Assembly (NCBI GenBank): GCA_031763465.1
Contig: JARFOE010000163.1
Coordinates: 3,244,553 to 3,286,996, forward strand
Length of the DNA stretch: 42,444 nt
Origin: Squatina squatina
Taxonomy: Eukaryota
Direction of reading: 5' to 3'
The notes under the pieces were generated by a model that was not told the DNA's origin, did not search any database, and worked only from the letters and a program-made list of their open reading frames with translations. The number at the start of each line of letters is the position of its first letter. Positions within the stretch are counted from its first letter, which is position 1. The translations under genes and the position numbers were made by a program. This document shows, piece by piece, positions 10,870-22,605 of the stretch.

Positions 10870-12032
10870 GGTTATGAGTCAGGTATTTCTTTTAATGAGG
10901 CTTCGTGAAGCCTGTTTCAGTACAAAAAGGTCAACTCTAAACCACTTGAACATACAACACAAAGAAAGCCATTTCCAAATATTTCTCATCCAATACATGT
11001 CAGCTTATAAAGATACATTGCTCAGAACTTCATTTGTAAATTTTGAAGAATTTGGAACATGATTAACTAGTTATTTACAGTGTACAGAACTCTTGAAACT
11101 ACTGAAAGATGCACAAATGTCCAATTACAAGTTAAAAATGAAGCCTTTTATCTTTAGCAGTATCAAGGTGGTTTGTGAGGCAGAGAATATCTTCTGTTCC
11201 CATGTTGCTTCCCTACCTTGCTACACTAAAGGAACGTTTCAAATGACATTTTTTTTTTACAAGAATAAGTGGCTATGAAAGCCTTTATTTTAAAATAAAG
11301 ACCACAGCTTGTTCAGCTTCTATAAAACATCAGTTTGCTTAGCATAAAAATAGATTGAGAACACACTATTAAACCCCTTTTACACATGTTTGTTTTCACC
11401 AGAATTCCAGTCAACCCCACAACTTCAATTCAGAATCAGAAATAGCTAGACATTATGGGAAGGATTGAAGCATTTGAGCAATGTTAAGACAAAAACAAAG
11501 AAACAGAGAGGCAGAGAGACACAGAGACAGAGAAACGGAGACAATGAGAGAGACACACAGAGACAGAAAAACAGAGAAAGAGACACAGACACACAGAGAG
11601 AGAAACAGAGAGACAAAAAAAGAGACACACAGAGACANNNNNNNNNNNNNNNNNNNNNNNNNNNNNNNNNNNNNNNNNNNNNNNNNNNNNNNNNNNNNNN
11701 NNNNNNNNNNNNNNNNNNNNNNNNNNNNNNNNNNNNNAAAGAAACAGATCTAAAGTAAGAAGAAAACCTCAAAACGTTACTAAAAAAATAAAAGAGGGCT
11801 CTGCTAAGTGCCTGAGAATGCTTAAGATTGCTTGATTGTTTAATTCTAAAATTACTGAGCCAACACTTAGTGTGCATCCTCATGTCAGAAGCTGTCAGGC
11901 TGTGATTAACAAGGCCAAACTGAATTACTACAAGTCAGTGAGAATACAAGTACACAATACGATTCCACGAAGCTCCGAAAATCTTTATAAATACAGCCAT
12001 AGGAAGGACGATCTTGAGTCAGGAAGATTTAT
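10870..12032 (-). other. CIRBP: CIRBP 3'UTR with ATTAAA poly(A) signal at 10896-10891
   Basis: Follows the ATHNE stop codon. Blocks CTTCCTGACTCAAGATCGTCCTTCCTATGGCTG, GAAGCTGAACAAGCTGTGG and GGCTTCACGAAGCCTCATTAAAAG resemble the mammalian CIRBP 3'UTR as recalled. Confidence 0.7.
11487..11750. repeat. Compound (AG/AC/AGAC)n microsatellite spanning an N-gap
   Basis: Directly visible AGAGAC/ACAGAG low-complexity tract. Confidence 0.9.
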
Positions 12033-12049
12033 TTATTCGTTGTGAGTAG
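12033..12049 (-). CDS. CIRBP: CIRBP last coding exon (ATHNE*)
   Basis: Acceptor CTTCTTGTTCTCAG then CT ACT CAC AAC GAA TAA in phase 1, the same as the human CIRBP C-terminus ATHNE. Confidence 0.88.
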
Positions 12050-13841
12050 CTGAGAACAAGAAGCAGGTACAATGTAAAAAGACTGCAACAGTAATCATAG
12101 CTTCCTCTTCCTACTGTTAGATCAGTGGTATGGACTGACTTGATCATGGTTTAGAGCTACTGGGGTATGGTGGATCATCATCTGAAGCATCACATAACAT
12201 TGAATGTTATGCCATCTGCATTCCCATCTCATACTGAATGTATTATGGGAATACAGCAGNNNNNNNNNNNNNNNNNNNNNNNNNNNNNNNNNNNNNNNNN
12301 NNNNNNNNNNNNNNTCGTCAATGGTTCAAAAATTTAGAATACACTGCTGCTTTCTTGTTTTGGTTCAAGGTAGTATACATATATAAATTGATTTATAAAA
12401 GGAGTGGACAAATCCAGTCAGCTATCCAAATGACTGCTGAAAAGTTGGACATGCAGAACAAGAGCTAAAAGTATACTAGCTCAAGGTTTAAATGCAAAAA
12501 AAAAATGCATTAAACTATGGCACTTTATATTTGACTTCAAAGTTTGTACTCCACTTCTCAATATTGCACCGCTGCAGTTAACTTATAGAACTAGTAGCGG
12601 GGATCAAGCACCGTGGTGTAGCACACCAAGAACCTGTTCTTTCCGCCTGGACCCAACAGAACTGCAAGGCCAGAACCTACCATCAGTAGAACTTTCCACC
12701 CCCAGAGATGCACTGTTGACTGGTACTACAGGAAGAATCAACGTTGCATTCTACTGAGCTTTGAGGACTTTCATTATTCAGGTTACGGTTAAGTAACTCA
12801 AACCCTTTGTGGACAGCGTTGACATGCAGATACACTGCTTATTGGCCATTCACATTATATAATAATTTTATCAAGTCAACTAGATCTTTTCAGAAGATTA
12901 TAGTTACCCCAACCCGATAGTTTTCACTTGATTTCCATTTTTAATGGCACACGAGCAGAAGCCAGACGTTGTCGTCAGTTTCACAGAGTAATGATGGCGA
13001 ATGCGGAGTTTTGCCGTCATTACAACCCCAAATCACGGGCCAGTCAACCTCTGTGCTAAGCTTATAAATGCAATCATATCTGTGATTAGAAAGAGGCCAG
13101 CAGTATGGATGAACCAGTCAAAGACTCAAGCAATGCACTGGTGAGTGTACAGTGTAGATTTTCTCAAACATTAAATGATNNNNNNNNNNNNNNNNNNNNN
13201 NNNNNNNNNNNNNNNNNNNNNNNNNNNNNNNNNNNNNNNNNNNNNNNNNNNNNNNNNNNNNNNNNNNNNNNNNNNNNNNNNNNNNNNNNNNNNNNNNNNN
13301 NNNNNNNNNNNNNNNNNNNNNNNNNNNNNNNNNNNNNNNNNNNNNNNNNNNNNNNNNNNNNNNNNNNNNNNNNNNNNNNNNNNNNNNNNNNNNNNNNNNN
13401 NNNNNNNNNNNNNNNNNNNNNNNNNNNNNNNNNNNNNNNNNNNNNNNNNNNNNNNNNNNNNNNNNNNNNNNNNNNNNNNNNNNNNNNNNNNNNNNNNNNN
13501 NNNNNNNNNNNNNNNNNNNNNNNNNNNNNNNNNNNNNNNNNNNNNNNNNNNNNNNNNNNNNNNNNNNNNNGTGTGAATACAATCACATGGACAAAGGTGC
13601 ATCAATAATCAAATCAAACCACATGAAATGGGCCCACCTTGGAAGACTCCAGTGGCCAAAAGGTCCTGCCTACAAGTTAAAGTGATTTTAATACTGCTAT
13701 ACCACTTTCTCCAGTCATTTCAGTGTTCAATGTAATAAAGGGACCAACGGCAGTCTAGAGAATCGATCTGCTTAACCTCCACCGTCTCGGGACACTAAAG
13801 TGGATAAAATTCTTTTGAACTATATTAGTAAAGTTGCATAC

Positions 13842-13983
13842 CTCTAGAAAACCCACGTGCTCTACGTCCAGACCCACCACGGAAAAATCCACGGCTGCTT
13901 GCATTTCCACCCCTGTAGCCTCGGGATCGGTCCCCAGAGGATTTGCCAGCTTGATCCACCCTAATCTGACGCCCATCAATAGA
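13842..13983 (-). CDS. CIRBP: CIRBP exon 4, module B (end of RRM plus RGG region)
   Basis: Acceptor TTTTTCTCCAATTCTAG, phase 0/1, 142 nt. [47 protein letters not shown](G), donor G|GTATGC. Close to human [26 protein letters not shown]...RGFFRGG...RGFSRG. Confidence 0.92.
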
Positions 13984-14039
13984 CTAGAATTGGAGAAAAA
14001 CATCGAATAGTTATTGGTTATCAAATGGCTTTGTTTTAG

Positions 14040-14265
14040 AATATAAAGAACCTTCATTTATATAGCGTTTTCTATAATCTATAAACATCCCAACATGCTT
14101 TACATGGAAACATTGGAACAGGAGTAGGACATTCAGCCCCTAGAACCTATCCCACCAATCAATTAAGTCATGGCTGATCTTGATTTTTTCTTATAGTCAC
14201 TTTTATAATGTAGGGAAACGACATATTAACAACTTGCATTTATCCAGTGCCTTAATGTAAAACAC
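14040..14265. mobile_element. Nested SINE tail and CR1/HE1-type 3' end fragments
   Basis: AAAGAACCTTCATTTATATAGCG and AACTTGCATTTAT (reverse SINE tails), plus GGAACAGGAGTAGGACATTCAGCCCC...TCATGGCTGATCT. Confidence 0.55.
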
Positions 14266-17200
14266 NNNNNNNNNNNNNNNNNNNNNNNNNNNNNNNNNNN
14301 NNNNNNNNNNNNNNNNNNNNNNNNNNNNNNNNNNNNNNNNNNNNNNNNNNNNNNNNNNNNNNNNNCATCAGCTACACAAAAGGGAATACAATGCTATAAC
14401 TGCAGAAAACATCAGTATTCAACAACATGCTAGTAAATTAAATACAAGGAAAATACAGAATTTGAGCCATTGCTTGTGGTATGCCGGGCCCCAGACTGAA
14501 ATCTGGGGACCTCGCGAACCCCAGTTTGGAAACCTATGCTGTATAATATTGGAAATAACTTGTGTTACGTACAGGAACTTGAATATTTAATAAAATTGCT
14601 CGAAAAGACACAAATTCCTCTCCCTGTCCCACTTAACAGTACAGTTGACCATAGCATCCATATTGCTGAGTTTGGCAAGTTAAGATCCAGGATATGAAGT
14701 GGATACTTATGATCTGTTTCATATCAAGAGTCCTCCATTGATCTTTTCACCCAATGGCAACAAGTCAACTTGATCTGGGTGCATTCACAAACAGGGGAAC
14801 TTTATATTGCGATGTACATTCAAGAGACCCCAGGAGGAAATCCACTAGTTTATTCCAAGCACATCACCAGAACATTTAAAACGGATCAGCTTAAAGAAAT
14901 GGGAAGGTGGACATTGTACGAGATCAAAATGAGTTACCTCAAGGCTATGATTATATCCATTGATGCATTAGTCATAACCAGTTGAAGTTTCTTTGCAGGA
15001 GGAACACGTCATTCTTCAATGCCACTACTTTCACCAAAGCTAGCAAAAATCTTGATATTGTAAAGTATATGAAAATCTTTTTGACAGGTAATATGGGCTG
15101 TTATCTTAATTCATGTAAATGTTGCAAAATATTAAAAGGATAAAATAACTAACAAGGAAGTACTTTCAGATAAGATAGTCTGAAGAAGTTTTACTTAAAT
15201 GCCTGATGAAATAGGTTTTTTGGGTATTGGGCCGCCCCCCGGCGGGCCGAACCGGACGAAAATGGAACAACTTGCATTCCACAGAACTAGAATTGCATCA
15301 GGTTTTTTTTTTTTAAATATTACCTTTGGGGCTAGAATAGTAATTTAAAATCATTGATCTCATTCTATCTACAACCTGAATTCTAGGATGCCGACTTGTT
15401 ACTTGGGCTCCTTTAGGGACTGGTGTCGCAGAATTTCCTTGAACAGCTATGCAAAATTAGTCTAGCATGTTTTGATCTGAGCAAGCTAGCTTTACCAATA
15501 GAAACATGCAGTTTTAATCCGCTATGCTTATTCATTTAGTTATCCACAAAAAAAAAACAGGATTATTCACACCTCAAGTAGGATTGAAGCGAATTAAATT
15601 CAGGCAAGTAATTAAAAAAGGTATGGGGAGGATAGGACATAGGTTACCATGGTTGCATACAGCCAGTAGGTCATCCCCCTATATATGACAGCACTTACTA
15701 CAAATCAAAATAACTCATTCGTGACTTTTCAAAAATGGTCTAAAGATACATCAGCNNNNNNNNNNNNNNNNNNNNNNNNNNNNNNNNNNNNNNNNNNNNN
15801 NNNNNNNNNNNNNNNNNNNNNNNNNNNNNNNNNNNNNNNNNNNNNNNNNNNNNNNTTTTCAGCATATTAAAAAAGAGAAACTGGCTTGCTGAGCTTGGGG
15901 GGGAAAGAGAAGAGAAGAGACAGTAAGGGAAGTCTGGAGAAAGGTGGAAATCATTGGAACAAATGAACAATTAGATCAATGTTAATTCATCTCCCCTGCA
16001 TAACTGGATTCCAACTTTACCCCAACCCAATTTGGTTCCAACTGTCCCCACTGTTTAAAAATATGATATTCAGTGACTTCAAATGTAGAAGACTTTATAG
16101 AACAGATAGAATGTTCATTTCACTTGCACCATTAAACCCATTTTAAAGGATGATGCACTACAGCTTACCCAACAAATAAGAGTTAAAACATTTATATTGC
16201 TTCTAAAAGCATTATATAGAAAGCAAGCTGTGAAACAATGCAATTCTGCTTTTAGAAACCTCCATATACACAGCACTTTAAAAAAAATTGTGCCAGTAAG
16301 TTATTACATAGCATGTGGATTTACTTAAATTATAGGTCAAATAGAAAACGGAGTTCTTACTGCATAAGTACAGCATTTAGAATTATAAAAAGGTAAAGGA
16401 CCCAATAATCAGAATGTCACATGTATTAAAATCTCAACATCCAATTTCAGTCACTACATTTTATCCAAATTGGATGAACTTCAGTTAACAGGGTTCACTA
16501 TAACACTTATGGTTGATTAAAGGCAACAAGAGATCTTTGGGCAAGGTTCTTTAATCAGTTTCCAAAAAGCCAAGTTTATACAAAAAAAAAGTGTTTCATC
16601 CTTGTGCATGAAATACAGCATGAACAAATGGCCAACTTTACCAGTATATAATTTTCCAAAAACAAGCCTCCTATATTAGATTAAAAATGAATGCATTTTT
16701 TTGTAAATTGTATCTTAACAGGCTTTATGCAAATACTCAAGACCCAGCAGATTTGAACATTCCACTGCAAGGTAATTTTCAATGACAGGCAGAACGACTG
16801 AATGTTGATTTACCATCAGGAAAGTAATTGGTGTTATCATTGCATTTCATCAAATAAGCGTGAAAAGGTCAATACAGCATTGCAGCACACGCAGCTTTTA
16901 ACAAATATCTGAGTGCTGCATTCAAACATGGCAGCGCTGGTGTCAAATCTGTGTTGCACACTGACTGATGTCATAAACTACCTGTTCTGCATGCTGCCAG
17001 CGATCGTTGGGTGCACGCACGCAAACTCCTGTACCAAAATGGCGTCTGATGCACTTGCCATCAGAAGGGTGTGCGCACATCCAGGACTCAATTTTTGACC
17101 ATTAGTGCCTTAAGAATGGGCACAACAGAGCAGAATTTTGCAGTCAGTGTTTTATTAATTTTTCATTTCTCTGTCCCCGCTGCTTAAATAAAAAAAATGA

Positions 17201-19457
17201 TGGATATATGAAGACCCAAGTGGTATAATTTATATTCCACAAGTGGGTTAACCTATGAACTGAAGNNNNNNNNNNNNNNNNNNNNNNNNNNNNNNNNNNN
17301 NNNNNNNNNNNNNNNNNNNNNNNNNNNNNNNNNNNNNNNNNNNNNNNNNNNNNNNNNNNNNNNNNNNNNNNNNNNNNNNNNNNNNNNNNNNNNNNNNNNN
17401 NNNNNNNNNNNNNNNNNNNNNNNNNNNNNNNNNNNNNNNNNNNNNNNNNNNNNNNNNNNNNNNNNNNNNNNNNNNNNNNNNNNNNNNNNNNNNNNNNNNN
17501 NNNNNNNNNNNNNNNNNNNNNNNNNNNNNNNNNNNNNNNNNNNNNNNNNNNNNNNNNNNNNNNNNNNNNNNNNNNNNNNNNNNNNNNNNNNNNNNNNNNN
17601 NNNNNNNNNNNNNNNNNNNNNNNNNNNNNNNNNNNNNNNNNNNNNNNNNNNNNNNNNNNNNNNNNNNNNNNNNNNNNNNNNNNNNNNNNNNNNNNNNNNN
17701 NNNNNNNNNNNNNNNNNNNNNNNNNNNNNNNNNNNNNNNNNNNNNNNNNNNNNNNNNNNNNNNNNNNNNNNNNNNNNNNNNNNNNNNNNNNNNNNNNNNN
17801 NNNNNNNNNNNNNNNNNNNNNNNNNNNNNNNNNNNNNNNNNNNNNNNNNNNNNNNNNNNNNNNNNNNNNNNNNNNNNNNNNNNNNNNNNNNNNNNNNNNN
17901 NNNNNNNNNNNNNNNNNNNNNNNNNNNNNNNNNNNNNNNNNNNNNNNNNNNNNNNNNNNNNNNNNNNNNNNNNNNNNNNNNNNNNNNNNNNNNNNNNNNN
18001 NNNNNNNNNNNNNNNNNNNNNNNNNNNNNNNNNNNNNNNNNNNNNNNNNNNNNNNNAATTTCATGTGAATTTGAAGCTGACTGGATACAATTTTCTCAGC
18101 TTGTGTAATTTGGGTTACAAACATTTGCAGAAAAAAAACTCCAGAAAACAATACTTGAAGATAACCAGTGTTTTTCTGCAAACATACATGGCAAACAGGA
18201 GCACTCCATTTATCCAGCTGTTACTTAGGGTAGAAGACAACTGATAAAGGGAAATTTAGCACAGTAAGCTCCCGATTATCCAATCTAGTTTTTAAGACTT
18301 TACATTTTGAATCTTAAATAAATCTGTTGAGCTAATAAGCGGTCACATAATTACAGTCCGAGAGCACATTTTATTGAAAACATGAGATTAATAGTGGAAT
18401 TTTATAAACATTTGTCTCTTCCATGTAACTGCAGTTTTGGAAAAGAAATTTAAGTATTACTGTAGCATCCTAAATTATAAAAATAAACATCTAAAATACA
18501 AATTAAAACAAGTGCAACTATTTCTGCTCACCCCATCAGAATTCCCACCTCTTCTTTCCACTCAGTTTTTTTCATCTAATCCATTGTAGCCTTTTAGAAA
18601 TTGTATAGTTGCCCTTTCTGCTGGCTTCCACTTCCAGTTTAGAGGAAGGAATACATTTCAAAAACTTGTTTGTGCAGGGGGAGGGGTTGAATAACAGTTT
18701 TCAGCTACTTGAATCTCCAAGTCTTAAAAATTGACAATTGTGGCAGTTGAATTTCCAATGAGTAAAAAATATTACCCATAAGTGGCTCTGCTAAATTAAT
18801 AGAGTAATCTTACAGGTTAGCTCCTTCCCAAAATAAACACTGCCAAACAGGCATGGTTAGTATATCTCAATTCAATACTGAATTTTTGCAACATGTACCA
18901 TTGTAATTATTAAGTCCATTGATATAAAAGGTATACATTAAACTTCATACCAAGGCATTATTATTGCAGTGAAAACCCAGTATTAGGAAATGATGAAAAG
19001 AAACTTGAAAGGAATATACAGCTCCAGTTATCCCATTTACCCCAGGTGAGATTTTAAGAAAGCTTGAACTTCACAAAGCAGTATGTAATATTTTCACATT
19101 AAGTTGAATCTCATCCTTACATTGGCACTAATTTCTTGATTGGATGGGAAATTTCATTGTCCCAACAAGATGAGGCTCTTAAGGAGAACTACGGACCTTT
19201 TTAGTTACAAGATTAATGACGAAGTTATGTGGCTGCAACTACAATTTTAAGCTTAATGATACCCAGTCTTAAATTGCAAATTGCACTGAAAGCTTACACA
19301 AACACCCTTTAATAGCTTAGCTGACCATTTTGTCATCTCACATTTACTTCAATGAGATTTTTCACTTCATTGTAAGTATTCAAATGTTTACAACAGGTGA
19401 CAACATACTAGAACTCGAAATTAGCCCATATTTCCAGCGGTTTATACACGTACTTAC

Positions 19458-19531
19458 CATAACTATCATAGTCATCCCGGTAGGACCTCCCAGTTGAACT
19501 GCTGTAGCCATAACTGCTAGAATTTTGACTC
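19458..19531 (-). CDS. CIRBP: CIRBP-like module A exon 6 (RSY region)
   Basis: Acceptor TTTTTTTTAATTGTAG, 74 nt, phase 2/1. (R)SQNSSSYGYSSSTGRSYRDDYDSY, donor G|GTAAGT. Parallels human RSQ...SYRDSYDSY. Confidence 0.9.
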
Positions 19532-19607
19532 CTACAATTAAAAAAATTGTATTTACCATGTGCAATATAAAGTAGACTTAGTGATAGACAAAAATGCAAA
19601 CATTTAC

Positions 19608-19656
19608 CTATTATTATAGTCACTTCTGTAATTGCTTCGTCCACTTCTGTCACCAT
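19608..19656 (-). CDS. CIRBP: CIRBP-like module A exon 5
   Basis: Acceptor CTCTTCCAATAG, 49 nt, phase 1/2. DGDRSGRSNYRSDYNN, donor AG|GTAAAT. Keeps frame between exons 4 and 6. Confidence 0.85.
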
Positions 19657-20327
19657 CTATTGGAAGAGTGAGCAATTTTTGTTGGAGGGTGGGAACAGAA
19701 AAGGGAGAAAGTTAACATTTACAGATATTGTACTTTAAGATTTGCCTACTATATAAAATCAAATCAATTTTATTAAGTTGAATTAAAATTGTGGATAGAA
19801 CCATACATTAAGCTCTGACATGTTGCTGAATGCCATCAACCTCCCAGGCATTCTGTACAGCATTGCATTCAATGCTAGCACCCACTTTCTATTCAAGGAA
19901 GTTTTTAATTGTCTGATATTGGCAAGGCAATATTTATTACCCACCCCTAGTTACCCTAAGGGCATTGAGTCAACCATGTCATGTAGAACTGAAGTCCAAG
20001 CAAGGTAGTAGTGTATTACACCTAAAAAACACATTCAGATGGGTTTTTACAATAATCCTGCAGCATTCATGGAAATCTTTTCTGGTGCATGTCCGCAAAC
20101 TACCAGATTTATTTATTTCAATTTCACAAATTGCCACGGTGGGATCTGAACTTGTGCCCTCTGGTTTGCTTGCCCAGTAACATAAGCAATAGGCNNNNNN
20201 NNNNNNNNNNNNNNNNNNNNNNNNNNNNNNNNNNNNNNNNNNNNNNNNNNNNNNNNNNNNNNNNNNNNNNNNNNNNNNNNNNNNNNNNNNNNNNCAAATC
20301 AGACTATGTTCCACCATTATAGATCAC

Positions 20328-20460
20328 CTCTGTAAGATCCACGGCTGCTTCTCCCACCACGGAATCCATAGCCTCGTGATTGTCCACTTTGGTAATTCCG
20401 AGATCGTCCCCCAGAGCCTTTTCCTGCCTGGTCTACTCGAATTTGCCGACCATCAAGTGA
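20328..20460 (-). CDS. CIRBP: CIRBP-like module A exon 4
   Basis: Acceptor CTTGACACTTCAG, 133 nt, phase 0/1. [44 protein letters not shown], donor G|GTGATC. Confidence 0.92.
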
Positions 20461-20787
20461 CTGAAGTGTCAAGAGAAATAAAGCTGATGAATTACCATAG
20501 TGAAACAGTATTGATAGTATAAACTGAGTACAATCACCACACTATCATTTTGATTTTGTCAAAGTTTAGAATTTAAAATTAACTTTTGTTTCATTCGAGT
20601 AATCTGTTATTAGATGCAGGTGAGGAGTTGGGTGGAAAAGAAATAAAATCTGGAAACATCAAGCTAACCAAGTGGGAGATAGTTAGTCCATTAATCTAAT
20701 TTACTTACTGGCTGAAAATTTAAAATATTCAAGTACATTGCATCTGAAGAGATGCCGACCACCTAACCTTTAAAAGACCCTCATCTA

Positions 20788-20988
<201 letters not shown>

Positions 20989-21229
20989 TTAGCATATAGT
21001 ATTTGTTGGTGGGTATTACTCGTGAGCTGGCTTTTAAAAGAAAGTATACAATTAAAAAGGATTTCTGTGCCCCAAACACTGTCTGTGGACTTGAGGATCG
21101 ATGATTCCACATCAGGAACCTTTTCCTATATCAAGTAAACCTGCTAGCCTTCAACAGGAGCACAAGATTTACCAAGATTTAAGCCAGACATCATTCATTA
21201 CTCTGGCCATTTGCTCAAGCTGAACCACA

Positions 21230-21700
21230 CATGAAGCCTTGGTGCCACATTTGATCGAGCTATGCTTCAAACCCACATCGCATTTCTAACGTCACCCATC
21301 ACCGTACCCCTATTTGTAGTTTCTTCAATGCCCTCCTTTTCAGCATGCCATCCACCACAAATTTCAAGTTGCTAAAAATTCAACTGCACATATCCTAAAC
21401 CTTGCTCACCCACTACTCCCATCCTCACAAACCTATATTTGGCTGTATGTGCCACAACGCATTAAATTTGAAACAGTCCTCAAATCCCTACATGACCTCA
21501 TCCCAACCTATCTCAGTCTTATTTTCCCTCCCGTACTTTGCGTATCCTTCCCATCCTTTTGTCCGAATACCATGAGATACTTCAGTCACCTCAGTTCGAA
21601 TTTCAAGTTCCTTTCTGCCTCTCCACTCCAAAGAAAACCCTTTGCAAAGCCTTACTTTTCCATCATGATTTCAGTTATCTCTCCTAAGGCAATATGATTC
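21230..21700 (+). mobile_element. L2-type LINE ORF2 3' fragment (degraded)
   Basis: Degenerate TPIL..L.WL.V..RIKF...KSLHDL.P.YL, characteristic of the L2 ORF2 C-terminus. Confidence 0.6.
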
Positions 21701-22505
21701 AGCAATTGCTCCCCAATTCCTTTGATCTATTCTTTCCTCTCTCCTCCCCCACCCCAAAAAACAGCACCCTAGATTGTTTTCTACATTGACAGTGCAGTAT
21801 AAATGCAGTAATAGCCAGTTGCTATTTTTCAGTGGTGTTGGTTGAAGTAAGAATTCAGTCCAGAGTACTCAATGCTTTGTTTCATAGGGCTTTGAACATC
21901 CACAANNNNNNNNNNNNNNNNNNNNNNNNNNNNNNNNNNNNNNNNNNNNNNNNNNNNNNNNNNNNNNNNNNNNNNNNNNNNNNNNNNNNNNNNNNNNNNN
22001 NNNNNNNNNNNNNNNNNNNNNNNNNNNNNNNNNNNNNNNNNNNNNNNNNNNNNNNNNNNNNNNNNNNNNNNNNNNNNNNNNNNNNNNNNNNNNNNNNNNN
22101 NNNNNNNNNNNNNNNNNNNNNNNNNNNNNNNNNNNNNNNNNNNNNNNNNNNNNNNNNNNNNNNNNNNNNNNNNNNNNNNNNNNNNNNNNNNNNNNNNNNN
22201 NNNNNNNNNNNNNNNNNNNNNNNNNNNNNNNNNNNNNNNNNNNNNNNNNNNNNNNNNNNNNNNNNNNNNNNNNNNNNNNNNNNNNNNNNNNNNNNNNNNN
22301 NNNATGGAGAACAGTAAATGCCAGAGACAGTTTGTTCAGTCTCCTTTCCTGGTTGTCATCTCCTGCAGCACCCTATTTCAGTTAATATACCAAACACCAT
22401 CAGCCAGTAAAGCATATTTGGGACAGGCCTGTCAGTTTTTTCTTTTTAGTAAGAGAATGGCCACATTAAAATTGCTCAAAATAAACATACACATCAGGAC
22501 CTTAC

Positions 22506-22605
22506 CATCACGAACTTCTCCATACTTGGAAAATAATTGCTCCAGTGATTGCTCATCTGTGTCAAAGTTGAGCCCACCAACAAAAAGTTTTCCTTCATCA
22601 GACAT
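22506..22605 (-). CDS. CIRBP: CIRBP-like exon 2 (start codon, RRM RNP2)
   Basis: Acceptor TTCTCTCCCAG before 22613, Kozak [39 protein letters not shown], donor G|GTAAG. The non-coding exon 1 is not visible and may lie in gap 23603-23701. Confidence 0.95.

Noticed and set aside
11446-11883. ORFs rich in RETQR or CLSL repeats
   Set aside because: Translations of a microsatellite plus an N-gap.
13772-13794. Apparent mini-exon VSRDGGG* after CIRBP exon 4B
   Set aside because: Would need a 47-nt intron, too short for vertebrates. The true exons 5-6 probably lie in gap 13180-13570.
13105-18181. Long ORFs in the ORF track
   Set aside because: Artefacts of translating N runs.
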